Position numbers and translations under genes: made by a program. From NCBI GenBank assembly GCA_023920165.1, contig CP089275.1, positions 558,001 through 622,000 of the forward strand: DNA of 64,000 nucleotides, read 5' to 3'. Below the pieces are notes generated by a model, which did not search any database, had not been told where the DNA came from, and worked only from the letters and a program-made list of their open reading frames with translations. Shown here piece after piece: positions 1 to 12,738 of the stretch. Each line of letters begins with the position of its first letter. Position 1 is the stretch's first letter. This DNA comes from Curvularia clavata (lineage: Eukaryota).

Positions 1-689
1 GCGCTGCGGTAATGGAAGAAATTCCGACGTAGGACGAAAGTCGGTCGACTGACATGGACAGACCGTTCACATCGTCGGAAATACCCTGGACTCGAAGCTG
101 GTGTTTACGTGCCTCGTCCCAGTACGGATCTTCAGGTGGAGCTTGTTCGAGCGCCTCCAGACTTTCAGGCCCGTCAGAAGCAGCTGGAGCGTCAGACAAG
201 GCCTGTGATTCTGTTGCAGATGTGGTTGCTGCTGATGGTGATGTGATTGGGTTGTTTGCTCCAGACGACAGAGCGAGTTGCAACAGCTCTTCACGTGGAA
301 GATCAGTCAAAGACTCGAGGTTCTTTACGCCATAGAGCTTGGTCAGGACACTCTTGTACTGTTCAATGTTGTTGGAGAGTTTATCGACCAACCTTTTGGA
401 TCAATTAGTACAATACATTCAAAAAAAAGGGGGTCTGGCACACTAACTTTCTGCTAGGCACAACTCTCTGTGCAGGTTTTGAATAACCACAAGCTTCTGG
501 GTGTTGGTACCACTGGCACTGGCCACACGGCTGTAGACCATCGCACCGAATCTTGCGTCTTCTGCATTCGACACAGGCGTTGCTGGTAGAAATCCGACGT
601 GATCCTGGGGGCCGTGTTGGTTTTCCTGGGCTGTCACTGTCCGCACCAGGCGAGCGAACCCCCACGGACGACTGGAATGTATGAAACAT
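1..689 (-). CDS. Zn(II)2Cys6 transcription factor, possibly ClrB/CLR-2/ManR/ManS-like (3' part runs off the window)
   Basis: ATG at 689 (MFHTFQ...). Binuclear cluster CVECRRRKIRCDGLQPCGQCQWYQHPEAC. GT-AG intron at 393-447 gives ...VVPSRK/LVDKLS...DDVNGLSMSVDRLSSYVGISS. The subfamily call is from recalled similarity only. Confidence 0.9.
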
Positions 690-1148
690 GCTGGCGACAG
701 TGTGGAGGGTAGCTTGGCGGGTCGAGTCGCTAAGGGACCACCAGGGCAAGTAAGAGAAGAAGAGGAAGAGCGTGGCAACAGTGCACGCGTCAAGTGGCTG
801 TCAAGCCAGGAACCAGGAGCCAGGCACCAGGTCGAGGTGTAGGGACAGTCAAATAGTATGTCGCGTCTCTGAATACGAGTTCGGGTAGGCCAAATGATGG
901 TACGAAGGATGAGTACCAGTCGGTATGCCGAGAAGCAATATAGTTCTTGTGGGACTAGGAGGGCGATGAAGCCGGGGTAGTTGATATACCAGAGACGATG
1001 GGTCAAGCGTATGTGGGTAGCCTTGGAGGGCGCATAGCAAGCTGGGCGTGTGCAAAATTACTACGAGGCACATCCGACGGGGCTCAGGCGTGCACCGTCA
1101 TGATGGAGCGGGATGCGCGTGAGAGTGGATGCAGTTTGCGGCGGGAAG

Positions 1149-1216
1149 CGGAGCTCATAGGGCCGGAATGATGAAGAGACAGAGCAGCGAGTTGCATGGG
1201 AGCGGTATAATCCCCG
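1149..1216. promoter_or_regulatory. Candidate Zn-cluster binding sites upstream of the TF: CGG-N11-CCG (1149-1165) and CGG-N8-CCG (1203-1216)
   Basis: cggagctcatagggccg and cggtataatccccg, about 460-530 bp upstream of the TF ATG. Confidence 0.35.
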
Positions 1217-2609
1217 CATTATAGCCCATGAACCCTGATAGCCCCCTTGGATCCTTGCGCCCGTGCAGCCAGGGTTTTGTGCTCGTGGAGGAGAAAAAGA
1301 GGCGAACGTTGGACACGGGGCGGACGGGAACGATTGCGTCTGCGCAGCCAAGCGAGATTGCCATGGGACGCGCCACCACCCACGCCTCCACAGGCTTCGA
1401 GAAGGGTTGCAGAAGGAGTGGACAAAGTATTGCGGCTATTGCTATGGGAGGGGTCAACCACTGGACAGGCGATGGACGAGCCCACATACACCAGCACGCT
1501 CATCGTGCCTCTCGAATCATCGACCGCCGTCAGCCATCTCTAGCTCCTACTCTACCTGAACCTCCTCTGGCGGCGACGGCACTACTGCACGTCGTTTCAG
1601 CAAGGTGCGGACCATCCTTCCCGCCACGCTGAAGCAGACGGCGCCCTGGATCGCAGCAGAGAAAGAGGAGCAGGAGGCGACGGCAATGCCCTCGTATCTG
1701 AGAGCCCGAACGGCGATGCTATCGGGGAAAGAGAACTGGTACAGAAAAGAAGAAAAAAAAAGACGTCAGGGGTACCCCCTCCCAAACCGACGCCTCAAAC
1801 GTAATCGCACAGTGTGCCCATCCACACGTCTCGGGATAGCAGCAGCCGATGGATGAGTGGATGAATGGTTCCACCCCAGGTGCCAGGCCACCTCCTCTAG
1901 TTCTCGCTACCGCCGCCTTCTGCCGACATACCATACCAACGGCCGGGTCGAGATCGAGCCTGGGCCGACCAACACACCGTCCGCCGTTCGCCGCTGCCGC
2001 TGTATGCCGCTAGATTGGCTAGATTGCCCCCATCCTTCCCCAAAAGCAGGTAACCAACCAGCTATAGAGAACGAGAGCTGTGTACAATACCTAGCCTTGC
2101 TGGTCAATTAATTAATCTTGGAAATTCTCAACACGGCTTTGATAGACAAGCCTTCATATTGAGGGGGGACCCGCTTGGCCATGATGGATGTGTGCCTGCG
2201 CTGGCTATACTGTAGCAAACTCAATACAGGGCCCTATACTAGCCCCCACATATACCCCCTCCGAGAGACACCGTTGGACCACTCTACTCGACCAAACGTT
2301 GTAATGCCGCCCGCTTCTCACACACAGCACGTATTCATTTCCTCACTTGCTTTTCCCCTTGCCTATAGCGACTGGAACTCTAAGCTAGTGCAGCTCTCGT
2401 CAGATACGAGTGTCTGGTTGTAGTGGTAAAATCACCAAGGACTGTGTCACCATGGCTTAGCCCAGTATGCAATCCACCCTCGCCTTCAAGTAGCCGCAAG
2501 AGTCCCCATACCGTGGTTACTTCGCACAAGGACTGCATAATGCAATGCCCACCGTTTTGCCACCGTTTCTACCCGTCGCCGCCATGCCCAATCCGTATTC
2601 CATGCGCCT

Positions 2610-5430
2610 CTAATCTTTGCCCAGAAAAGTCCACTTCAACGGCTCATCCTGCTTGCCTAGTCCCCTCACTTTGATGACCTGCTCATCGCCAGGGACAACG
2701 TCTATGGCACTGTCGTGCACCAGGACCCCGGAGCGTTCTTCAAAGACAAGGCCCTTTGTCGGCTTCTGGGCCCTGACGACGATCGTCTCGCCTTGCGGTA
2801 TTACCTCCACACCACGCTCCCCAAAGTCCAGGTACTTGAGCGGCTGCGGCCAGTCAACATCCCGAGACACAATCTCCCCATCGACCCATATGCGGACCGC
2901 TAGGACATGCGGCTCCTCATTCCGGTTGTCAATCGTTCCCGACAGGACGTCCGTCGTACCGTTGGGCACAAGCTTGATGTCCTTCTTGACCACCTTGTCC
3001 TTAATCTCTTGCCCACTCTTAACACTAATATACCGCAGCTCAACCGTCGCCGTCACTTCCTCGCGCTGCTGGCTAGCAACCCAGACTTCGTAGTCGCTGG
3101 TGCTGGGCACTCTGGCGTGCACGACGCTCCAATCAAAATGCGCTCGTTTGACGGCAACCGCAATGGGCGCCAGAACCCTGCGCATCGCGTAGTAGGCTGG
3201 CTTCTTCCGCTGGAAGTAGTCGACTATCGACCACGACGTGACTGGCCAGCAGTCGTTGAGCTGCCATACCAGTGCGCCGCCGCAATGTCGCTTCTGGCCC
3301 CATTGCCGCCTCCAGCCTCGATAGCCAAACATTAGCGCTTCCGCCTGCGAGAGCTGCGTGAGATGGATAAAAGACTATTCGTTCCTGGGTTAGTAATCTT
3401 TCATACAGCCTATATTGCGTGGGGCCCACTTGGGCCACAACTTCTTCTCGACCATGAACCAGGTATTCGTTTGAATAAAAAAAGAGAATAAAAACGGTGC
3501 ACATACCTCCAAATCAGTCTTGGTGCGGAAATTTTCTACAAGGTACGTGGCGATTCGTCGCTCGTGGCCGTCGGCCTTGTTGTGAAAGTCGATCATGTGG
3601 CTTTGCGGGTATAGTTGAGTGGGATCCGTGCAATAGTATTTGATAGTATCGATATGGGGAAACGCCTCCATACCAAACTCGCTATTGAAGCGCCCGCCAA
3701 GGGTGTCGAAGATTTGGTACTTTTCCTGCGTCCCATGCCACACTAACATGCATTATTCAGTCTATTGAATAGCGGCGTAATATGGGGCATCCTTACCGTT
3801 CCATTGATGCATGTCACCCACAGTGGGGTTTGAGGTTCGTAGCCCGTCACCCCAGGGCGACCCCGGGTGATACGGTACATGCGGGCTCTCCGCTGCAACA
3901 ACGTCAGGGAGCAGCTAGGACGCATGCTAAGTTAGTGTATGTAACTTGGCTCAGGCCTTCATCGGTCGCGCACTTACCTTCTCGTAAATATAACGGGCAG
4001 GGAAATCAGTCTTGAGCCAGTTCTCTGGGTCTTTGTCCTCGTAATCGTAGGTCAAGCCATATGTCTCCTGCACCTGGTAGTCTTCGTTGTTACCCGCATA
4101 GATGATGATCGAGGGATGGTGTCGTAATCGCGTGACGTTGGCGTTGCATTCTTCCTTGATTGATCGCAGCAGATCCGGAAAGGCGGGATAGTTTCCGCAA
4201 CCAAACATGAAATCCTGCCACACCAGAACGCCAATCTCGTCGCAGATATCGTAGAAAATATCCTCTTCCCAGATGCCTCCACCCCAGATGCGAATCATTA
4301 CTTGATACCCATCCACCATCATCTCCAGCCATTTGCGGTACTTGTCCTCGGTCACTCTAGGCGTAAATGAGTCCGCGGGGATCCAGTCCGAGCCACCACA
4401 GAACACGTCAACCCCGTTGACTCTAAAGTAAAAGCTCTTGCCAATAGCATCTGGCTCTTGAATAAGCTCACCTTTGCGGAAGCCCGTTCTGCGTGATGTT
4501 TGATGTATTTCCGTCCCATCTGCGAGGGCCGTTGCAGTGACAGTATAGAGAGGCTGTGCACCATAACCATGAGGGTACCACAATTTCGGATGATTGACAT
4601 GGAAGTCTACTTTGGCCACGCCGTTGTTGATCTTTGTGGCTTCTCGGAAGACGTTTGTCTCTCCGTCAAAAACATTGAAACAGATGCTGTCTGCGGCAGC
4701 ACCCTCAATGACCGCTGATATCGTTCCCTGGACTGTCTTCAAGCTGTCGTCCAGTTTGTAGTCAATCCTCAAGTCTTTGATCCTGGCTGCATAAGTCTCC
4801 AGTCGCACCTCACGCCATGGCCCGCAGGTATTGAGAATGGGGCCCCAGTCCCATCCCCAGTGGTACTGAGCCTTTCTTACACCAAGTCGTGCCATGTCAC
4901 CATTGAAGCCCACCCATTTGTGTTCTGGGTGCTGTTCCTTGATCTTGATGGCTTCAAGGCGGGCAGATGCAAAGTCGATTTCCAAAACATTCTGCTTATC
5001 GGATTCAAGCTTCTTGGTGACATCGACACGGTGTGGAATGAACATGTTGTCGCTCTCAAGAATAGTTGTGCCGTTGAGCTTGACTGTCGCAAAAGTGTCC
5101 AGGCCATCGAATGCAAGCACGTGTGTAGTTCCCTCCTTTGTTTCAGGCACGTTGGGCAATTCGACTCTGTATCTCCAGGCCTTGTCCGCCACCCACTCAG
5201 CTTCGAGCTCATTGAAGCCCAGAAAAGGATCCGGGATTCTGGATCCGGTTAGTTGTTGCAGAATGTTACCTGTCTTGTTCACATCAGACATACTTGCCAT
5301 TGTCCATCAAGTCCAGGTGGACGTTCGTGGGGACTGACTTGACCGGCATCCAACCATCTTCGCGATCGTCGACTTGCTTGAAAGTCCATCCGTGGGTCAA
5401 TGGCTGGGGAGTGAAAGTATTTGTTGCCAT
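2610..5430 (-). CDS. Beta-mannosidase, glycoside hydrolase family 2 (MndB-like, no signal peptide), 5 exons
   Basis: ATG at 5430 (MATNTFTPQPLTHGWTFKQ). Motifs RKAQYHWGWDWGP, RIWGGGIWE, WQDFMFGC, GNNED, SEFGMEAFP and WQLNDCWP. Introns near 5245-5293, 3920-3977, 3744-3797 and 3377-3506 (approximate). Confidence 0.95.
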
Positions 5431-5592
5431 GGTCAATACTTCTCAAGGCAAATGATCAAACGGATCATCAACCTCAAGAACCGCTGGAATTGCCAATGGG
5501 CAGGGCTGAGAGTAGCACGACGAGGAAGCGCTTTTCTCTTGAACAATTCCAAAGGGGTTCTTTGACATATAACATCAAACGGTGGATTTGGC

Positions 5593-5680
5593 CGGAGTAT
5601 AATGTGCCGTGCTGAGACACATAGAGCAGTCCATGACACCAGACGGTCGTCCGGATTAGGTGTGCGGAGGTTGTACTCCG
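5593..5680. promoter_or_regulatory. Candidate Zn-cluster sites in the beta-mannosidase promoter: CGG-N11-CCG (5593-5609) and CGG-N10-CCG (5665-5680)
   Basis: cggagtataatgtgccg and cggaggttgtactccg, 160-250 bp upstream of the ATG. Each overlaps a SYGGRG (CreA-type) hexamer. Confidence 0.4.
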
Positions 5681-6465
5681 GTCTTAAAGGGGCTAGATGG
5701 ATGCTGGTTGTGGGGCACGACGGCCGCAAAACGCAGCGCTAGGCCGGCGTCGTCAGCCGTCCCAAGACCACGCGGTACAGATGCAGAATGCGAATCACAG
5801 AATGAGATCGGCCTTGGCTGCTCCGTGCCGCACACAACCATATGGAACAATGTTGGGGTTGTTGGGGGCTGCAAAGGTAGCGTTCCAGACGGTTGTGACC
5901 CACACAGTGTTGGATCATTTTTGCATCAGGTCTTGCATTGTTACTACTGCAGACTGTATATGGAGCTTCTGCTAAAGACCCGATTGGTACAAATCTAAAA
6001 ATCAGAAAGACACATGCTCATTGTGTTGCTGTAGTCGCGGACGTTATCTCCCGTCGCTATAAGCAAAGATACCAAGCATAATACTCAGTCGCCTACATTG
6101 ACTAACAATCTAGTACGCACCTTGCATCCAACATGCACTCTATTCTCTGTGCTACACGGCGCATTTCGCGGTGGTACCAAAGCATAAAGTTTACAGTGAT
6201 CCTTTTAGGAGCAATAAGAAAAGGACCGATACAACAAAGTAATGAAGAATATATTCGAAGTGCGACGCAGGGTATAGAACTATCTAAGCATGGAACAGCA
6301 GCAATAATATGGGTATTGCCCAAGTCTACATATAGTCATTGCAACACCGTCACGCTACCAAATCTATGCAATTGAGGCGATGGCAGTGGTGATGACACTG
6401 GCTACCAGCAGAGCACCGTCTAGCTGATACGTTCCCAGTGCAGAGCTTCTGCAGACCACGCCATT

Positions 6466-7703
6466 CTAGGAGCTTTCAAGACCCATGGGGGCTTGCTTTT
6501 CAATTTTTCCTTGTTGTGCCAACTGCTGCATCTCGTCTTTTTTTGTTGTGAGAATGGTCGTAGAGCGGCCGCCCGGGCAAAATACCACTTCGAAGCCAGC
6601 ACCCGATGGTATAATAAAAGTCGAAGTCTGGTCATCAAAAGCTAACATAGAGTGTTAATTGGGGCTTTTTCACACACTTCATTCGTGACTTACCGTAACT
6701 GTAAGCATCCGGGCAAACCTTTTTTACGTTCTTAGAGTAAAGGCTTGGTCGGCACGAGCTAGGGGATCCATATTTTCCGGTACAGCAGTCCTCGGGTCGA
6801 TTGTTCTTTGCGCATGCGGAATAGCAAGGATTGAATAGAGGCCTTTTGATGTTGTCGTCGGGGTAGGGATAGACACCGTCGCCGGGCTTCTCTGGTGGAT
6901 TCAATTGTAAGTCCCAGGGACACCACCTGGAGATCTTATTTCCGTCAACACTCTGGTCAAATGGAAGTGGAAAAGAGGCGTTTGTGCTGAGGAAGTCCGG
7001 ATGCTCTGGGTAGGGATCGTAGCCTTGGGGCGCGAGAAGGCCATCTGTGCCTTGGCATGATGGATTGGTCAGATTAGGCGGGATATCGTCTAGCGTAACG
7101 TTTTCGAGTGGTTGGAGAACAATTGCCATTGGAAGGTTGTAACCATCGACCAATGAGATGTCGTAGTATGTGTTTCCGTCACCGGCGTCCAATGTGAATT
7201 CAGCAAGCGAGACAGGAACATCGCCCTATGTACAAGTCAGTAGGGGGTTTGCTGCGGCCCATAGTGGCACATACTCCCGTCTTGCAGTTCAAGGCACCAT
7301 TGCAGTCTCCAGTTGCGCAAGCTTTTCCATGTCCAGATGCTGCAGCTGAGCCATCATCGTTGAAAGAGCAATTTGTCCTTCCCCATATACGGCCCTGCCA
7401 ATCTTCCGACACTGTCTGATTCTTGGTATCCCCAGGCTTCAGTTCAAAGCCGTTCTCACTGGGACCCGAGCCAGATTGAGTGGAAATGCCAGGCCAGATG
7501 CTTTCAGGACAGCGGTTCGTAACTAGCAATGGTGTGATGTCCATCTTTCTTCGATTGGTCTTGAGAGGTGCCTTGATTGCCATGTGGTGCAAACCCTGCG
7601 CTAAAGGTAGTCCGCCTAGTAGGAACAATGCGGAACATAGGCGAGCGATGGAGAGGGACGTAGTAGGTTGGGCACAACCCTTGCTGCGATTCTCGGTAGG
7701 CAT
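6466..7703 (-). CDS. Thaumatin-like (PR-5 family) secreted protein, 3 exons
   Basis: Hydrophobic N-terminal segment, then TNRCPESIWPG, GRIWGRTNC, CATGDCNG, YYDISLVDGYNLPM and CPDAYSY/AFDDQTSTF. Confidence 0.93.
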
Positions 7704-8110
7704 GGTGAGCTGCGATTGCGCATTCAAAACCTGCAGTCACAGTTCAAGTATTCGTGATAAGGAAATGGTACGTAGGGTCGAGATACAAGGGCCCGAGGGT
7801 GCTGACCAGAGGGACAATGTTAGAGAGATGGAGATGAAGCGGGAGTGGTGAGGACCCGGGAAACAAGGCTGGGGAATCAAGAAACATGTTGAAACCTTGG
7901 CTGATGCTGGTTACTGGCAAAGAGAAGTTGCAACTCGATAACGGTCAGTGACGCCATAGAGTGTGCCTGCCCCTGGCCGCCAGGATTGCAGACAAGGGGT
8001 CCACCAAGGCTGAGGCACGCTCGACAGCCTATCGTGGCCGCCCACGCCAGCCCGTTTCAAACGGTCGGTCCGGCTCGCAGTCGCTACCTGAAGTTTTGAG
8101 GACGCAGACG

Positions 8111-8141
8111 TGGAAACCCTGGAAACCCTGGAAACCCTGGA
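8111..8141 (+). repeat. 9-bp tandem repeat (TGGAAACCC) x3.4
   Basis: tggaaaccctggaaaccctggaaaccctgga, in the divergent intergenic region between the thaumatin-like gene and SCS7. Confidence 0.9.
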
Positions 8142-8936
8142 GGACTGTCACGCCCATGTGCCAGGTGCAGCTTAGAGTTGGCGGCCACGTTAGCGGTGTG
8201 GGGCCGTTGGAGACCAGGCGTGTACTGAGTATCCAAGGACTGCTCAAGGCCCAATTCTAGTGGCAGTGATAGACTCCGCGCACAACATTATAATAAGGCT
8301 GTGTAGACCCTCTCTCCACCATTTCCATTGTCGAAATGGCTCTTACAGCCAACAGCGTGAAGGTGCAGTTTGTGCAGGACGTACTGAAGGAGCAGCCAGG
8401 CGGACAATGTCACTCAGCGACCACGGCGGTGAGGTTGCTGTCGCTAGAGGCCAAACACACAGTAATGGCAAAAAGCTGTGGCCATCAGAAGGCGCCGTGG
8501 ATTTTCGAGCGCAGTGAAATTGCATCTCCTTTTCAACGACGGAGACTTTTGTTGCGGATCGGAGGCGGAAGGACGAGGATGCCGGTCTCGCCACCATTAG
8601 CTGCGGGTGGTGAGATGGGCCGCGAGCCATGTCTTGGCTCTCCTGACATTTCACTTCGCAGATACATTATTCCTCTCTGCCTGAGCCGGACATTCCCTTC
8701 TTACTGCTGTGCCCAGTCTCCGACCCTATACATTCCTTCGTTCCTTCGATACCCGTCTCCTGCTAAGACACAGTTTCTATTTGCGGCCTCGAGTTCCCCT
8801 TTCCCCGCAGACCCTGCATCGTCCGCGAGCATCCTTCGCCCCCAGAGTCAACCAGCGACCCATTCACCCAATCCCGCTGAATGCTCATTACACATAGATA
8901 CGGCGACAGATAGAAACCCTGACCACGACCGCTACG

Positions 8937-10211
8937 ATGCCTGCCCTCAACCTCCCAACGATTCCCACGGCAGAGGTGCGCGCGCACAATTCCGAAAAGT
9001 CGTGCTATGTAACCATTGGCACCAAAGTCTACGACGTCACCGACTTCCTCGAGGGCCACCCCGGCGGTCCTGAGCTCATTCTGGAGTACGCAGGCAAGGA
9101 CGTCGAGGCTATTCTCAAGGATGAGATATCGCACGCACATTCCGATTCCGCATATGAGATTCTTGAGGAGAATCTCATTGGCTTCATGGCCACTGAGCCG
9201 GTCATAAATGGCGCTGTGAAGAGCTCCAAGCCAGGGGAAATCATTCCTTTGCCGCCTTCAGAAGCTGGTGCTAAGGAGCTCAAGGCTATGTCGCAGAACG
9301 GCAAGCCAGTCTACGCTGCGACTGGAATGTCTTCTGCAGAAGACCTCTCAAGAGAGACGGACCCGAACCTGGACTACAAGGAGCACAAGTTCTTGGATCT
9401 CAACAAGCCTCTGCTGATGCAAGTCTGGAATGGCGGCTTCAGCAAGGACTTTTACCTCGAGCAAGTACATCGACCGCGGCATTACAAAGGCGGTGATTCC
9501 GCCCCACTGTTTGGCAACTTCCTGGAGCCATTGAGCAAGACGCCGTGGTGGGTTGTGCCTACACTGTGGTGGCCTTTTATCGCCTATGGAACAACAGTAG
9601 CGTTTGGCGGTCTACAGTCTGTGTCTGAGCTGGCGGGCTACTGGCTCTTCGGCTTGGCCTTTTGGACAATTATTGAATACGTCCTGCATAGAGGATTGTT
9701 TCACTTGGATGAGTAAGTACTATTTTGTCTTAAAGCCTCAATTGGCTCTGACATCAAGCAGCCACCTACCGGACAACCGTGTTGCAATTACCCTACACTT
9801 TCTCCTCCACGGTATTCACCACTACCTCCCCATGGACAGGTACCGCCTCGTGATGCCCCCGACACTGTTTGCCGCGCTAGCGACACCATTCTGGTCTTTT
9901 GCCCATGCCGTCATCTTTTGGAACTGGCATGCTGCCGTGGCTGCCTACTGTGGCGGTGTCTTTGGCTACACATGCTACGACATGACGCATTACTTCCTCC
10001 ACCACCAAAAGTATGTTCACTCACTCCTAACATGAACATCCTGCTAACAGGCACAAGGCTCCCCGCGTACTACCAGCAACTCAAGAAGTACCATCTCAAG
10101 CACCATTTTGCCGACTACCAGAACGGCTTCGGGGTAACAAGCCGCTTCTGGGATTGGGTCTTTGGTACAGAACTCGACATGGGCCCAGCCAAGGTCATCA
10201 AGGCCAACTAA
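8937..10211 (+). CDS. SCS7: Sphingolipid (ceramide very-long-chain fatty acid) alpha-hydroxylase with N-terminal cytochrome b5 domain, 3 exons
   Basis: Cytochrome b5 motif VYDVTDFLEGHPGG. EQVHRPRHY. His boxes HRGLFH, HGIHH, HYFLHH and HLKHH. C-terminal GFGVTSRFWDWVFGT. Confidence 0.96.
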
Positions 10212-10820
10212 ACAGTGGCCTATGCACACCATTTGCAATATCCCTGCCTGACACGAGTTACGAAGACTAGCATTGAAGAGGCGTTTGCAAGACCATTGTG
10301 GGTCTCCTAACAGTACCGTAGGCTGGTGCTGGCGTGCTCGCATTTTTTTTTTCTTCGTATAACTTCCCTCGAATTCGAATAGTAATAATAATGTCCAATG
10401 AAAATCCACGTCTTCCTTTTGCACTATCGCCGTCGTTTGCACCGTCATCGTCACCATCACATGTGGGTGGCTGCCTGGTGCTGCCTGCTTAGTCACGCCA
10501 GACCCTGCCAAGCCCCCTCCAACTTTTCAGGTTGTCTAGGCCAGGCCAATCCCTCTGTTGTCCACCTCACTCTACCCACACAATCTGTGCACAACAACAA
10601 CGCTTCAATCAAGCACACTCGCATCGAGTGCAGTCACATCCGAACAGTCAAGACGCCTCACGGCACTCGTGGTGACAGTTGTTTACGCACACACTCACTC
10701 AACTCACTATCTCAATTGAATCCACTATCCAAGCGAAAGCTCGCCTCTTCCATCTTGCCGTGACCAAGCTCATCACTTGCGGCCAACAACACTTATCGAC
10801 AGCTAGGCACCGTCATCAAC

Positions 10821-12738
10821 ATGTCTACTTCAGCCGCTGTCGACGCTCTCCTCGAGGAGACGGCGCGCGAAATCGAGATGGACCGCGAGAGGCGCGCCAG
10901 CCAAGCCGATATCGAGATGCGCGACGTCGACAGCCGCCGAGACGACCGCGACCGTAACCGCGACCGTGACCGTGACCGTGGGCGCGACCGCTACACAGAT
11001 CGCCGTGACCGCCGCGATAGGAGCCGAGACCGCCGCGATACAAGCCGAGACCGAGGGGGTAGTCGCTATCGTGAGTCTAATGGTGACCGGCACGGCAGCC
11101 GTGACAGAGACAATCGACGAAGCCCCCGATCGAGCAACTGTGCTAACACAGATGAAGAGCGTGATAGGTATCGTCGCAGCAGCTCCCGTGACCGACGCGG
11201 AGGCCGCGGTCGTGATCGTGGAGGCGACTTCTACGTCGGAGGTGGACGTGCCCGCTCCCGCTCCCCTCGTCCCCGTGGCGATGATAGGTACCGTGATAGG
11301 TCCCGCGACCGCCGCCGAAACAGTGGTGACTATGGCCGCAACAGCCGCCGCCGCTCGCCCCCGCCGCAGCCTGAGGTTACTGACGATGACCGTGACAAGC
11401 GCACAATCTTCGTTCAGCAAATCTCTGCGCGTGCCGAGACCCGCCATCTACGCTCCTTTTTTGAGCGAGTTGGCCCTGTTGTGGAAGCCCAGATTGTCAA
11501 GGACCGAATCACTCATCGTCCCAAAGGGTAAATATTCCCCTCTCTCCCTTCATTTCATCCACCCTAACTAACATGTTCAGCGTCGGATACGTCGAGTTCA
11601 AGGATGAGGAGTCTGTACCCAAAGCATTGGAGCTGACTGGTCAGAAACTGAAGGGTGTCCCCATCATTGCCCAACTTACTGAAGCCGAGAAGAACCGTGC
11701 CTCTCGCCCCTCGGAGGGTGGTGCAACGAGTGGTGCAAACGGCGCCCCATTCCACCGTCTTTACGTTGGCAACATTCATTTTAGTGTACTTGAGGATGAC
11801 CTCAAGACGATTTTCGAGCCTTTTGGCGAGCTCGAGCAGGTCATTCTTCAGCGCGACGAGATGAACCCTGGCCGCTCCAAGGGATACGGTTTTGTTCAGT
11901 GAGTGATACCGTTGTTCTCCCCACGAAAGAAGATTACTAACATGGGTTCAGATTTGTCGACCCCGCGCACGCCAAAACTGCTCTTGCAGAGATGAACGGT
12001 TTCGAACTTGCTGGTCGCCAGATCCGTGTTGGCCTTGGCAACGATAAATTCACTAACGAGTCAACCGCCAACCTGCTTCGCACCTTCAACCAGCAGGCCC
12101 AGTCTTACCAGGGCTCTGCGTTCAGTGGAGCGGGCGGACGTGGTGCCTATGCGGGTGGTAGTGGTGGTGTCTATGACCGTGGCAAGGATGACCCACGTGG
12201 CGTTAGCGGTGCTTCTGCTTTGGACGACACTGATGTCGCTGGAGTCAATTTCAAGACTTACGATCGCAGCAAGCTCATGAATGCTCTCGCTCGCCGTGAC
12301 AACCCCGAGTCCGCGAATCAAGGCGCCCAGCCTGTTGCCGCCAAGCCCCGTACGCCCGTCGTCGATCAGCCTCAGCCATCCAAGTGCATCAAGATTGAGA
12401 ACGCCTTTGATCCGGAAGAGTATGTTTTCCCTTACCCTTGAAGCCAATGTTGCTAACAATCCAATAGGGAGCAGCGCAACTATGGAGATAATTGGGTCAA
12501 AGACCTTGAGGTCGAAGTTAAGACTGAGTGTGACAAGAAGTATGGCAAGGTCGTCCACATTGCTGTAGACGCCAATAGCGAAGGCGATATCTTTGTCAAG
12601 TTTGACTCTGTCACCGGTGGTGAGAAAGCTCTTCAAGGTCTGAACGGTCGTAACTTCAACAACCGCAAGATCCGCGCATCCTACGTTGTCGATAAGATCT
12701 ACAACTCCCTTTGGGGCGCTGCTGCGAGTAAGTTTTAG
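10821..12738 (+). CDS. RBM39/CAPER (Rsd1/Pad-1)-like splicing factor: RS/RD region, two RRMs and a C-terminal UHM-type RRM, 4 exons
   Basis: RD/RS-rich N-terminus, DDDRDKRTIFVQQ, VGYVEF, RLYVGNIHFS, GRSKGYGFVQ, MNGFELAGRQIRVGLG and ASALDDTDVAGV. Stop TAG at 12736-12738. Confidence 0.93.

Noticed and set aside
8336..9073. 245-aa plus-strand ORF overlapping the SCS7 start out of frame
   Set aside because: No recognisable domain; it runs through promoter and pyrimidine-rich 5' UTR sequence. A uORF role cannot be supported without transcript data.
10930..11060. GACCGT/GACCGC hexamer repeats
   Set aside because: They encode the RD/RS domain of the RBM39-like protein and are not a separate element.
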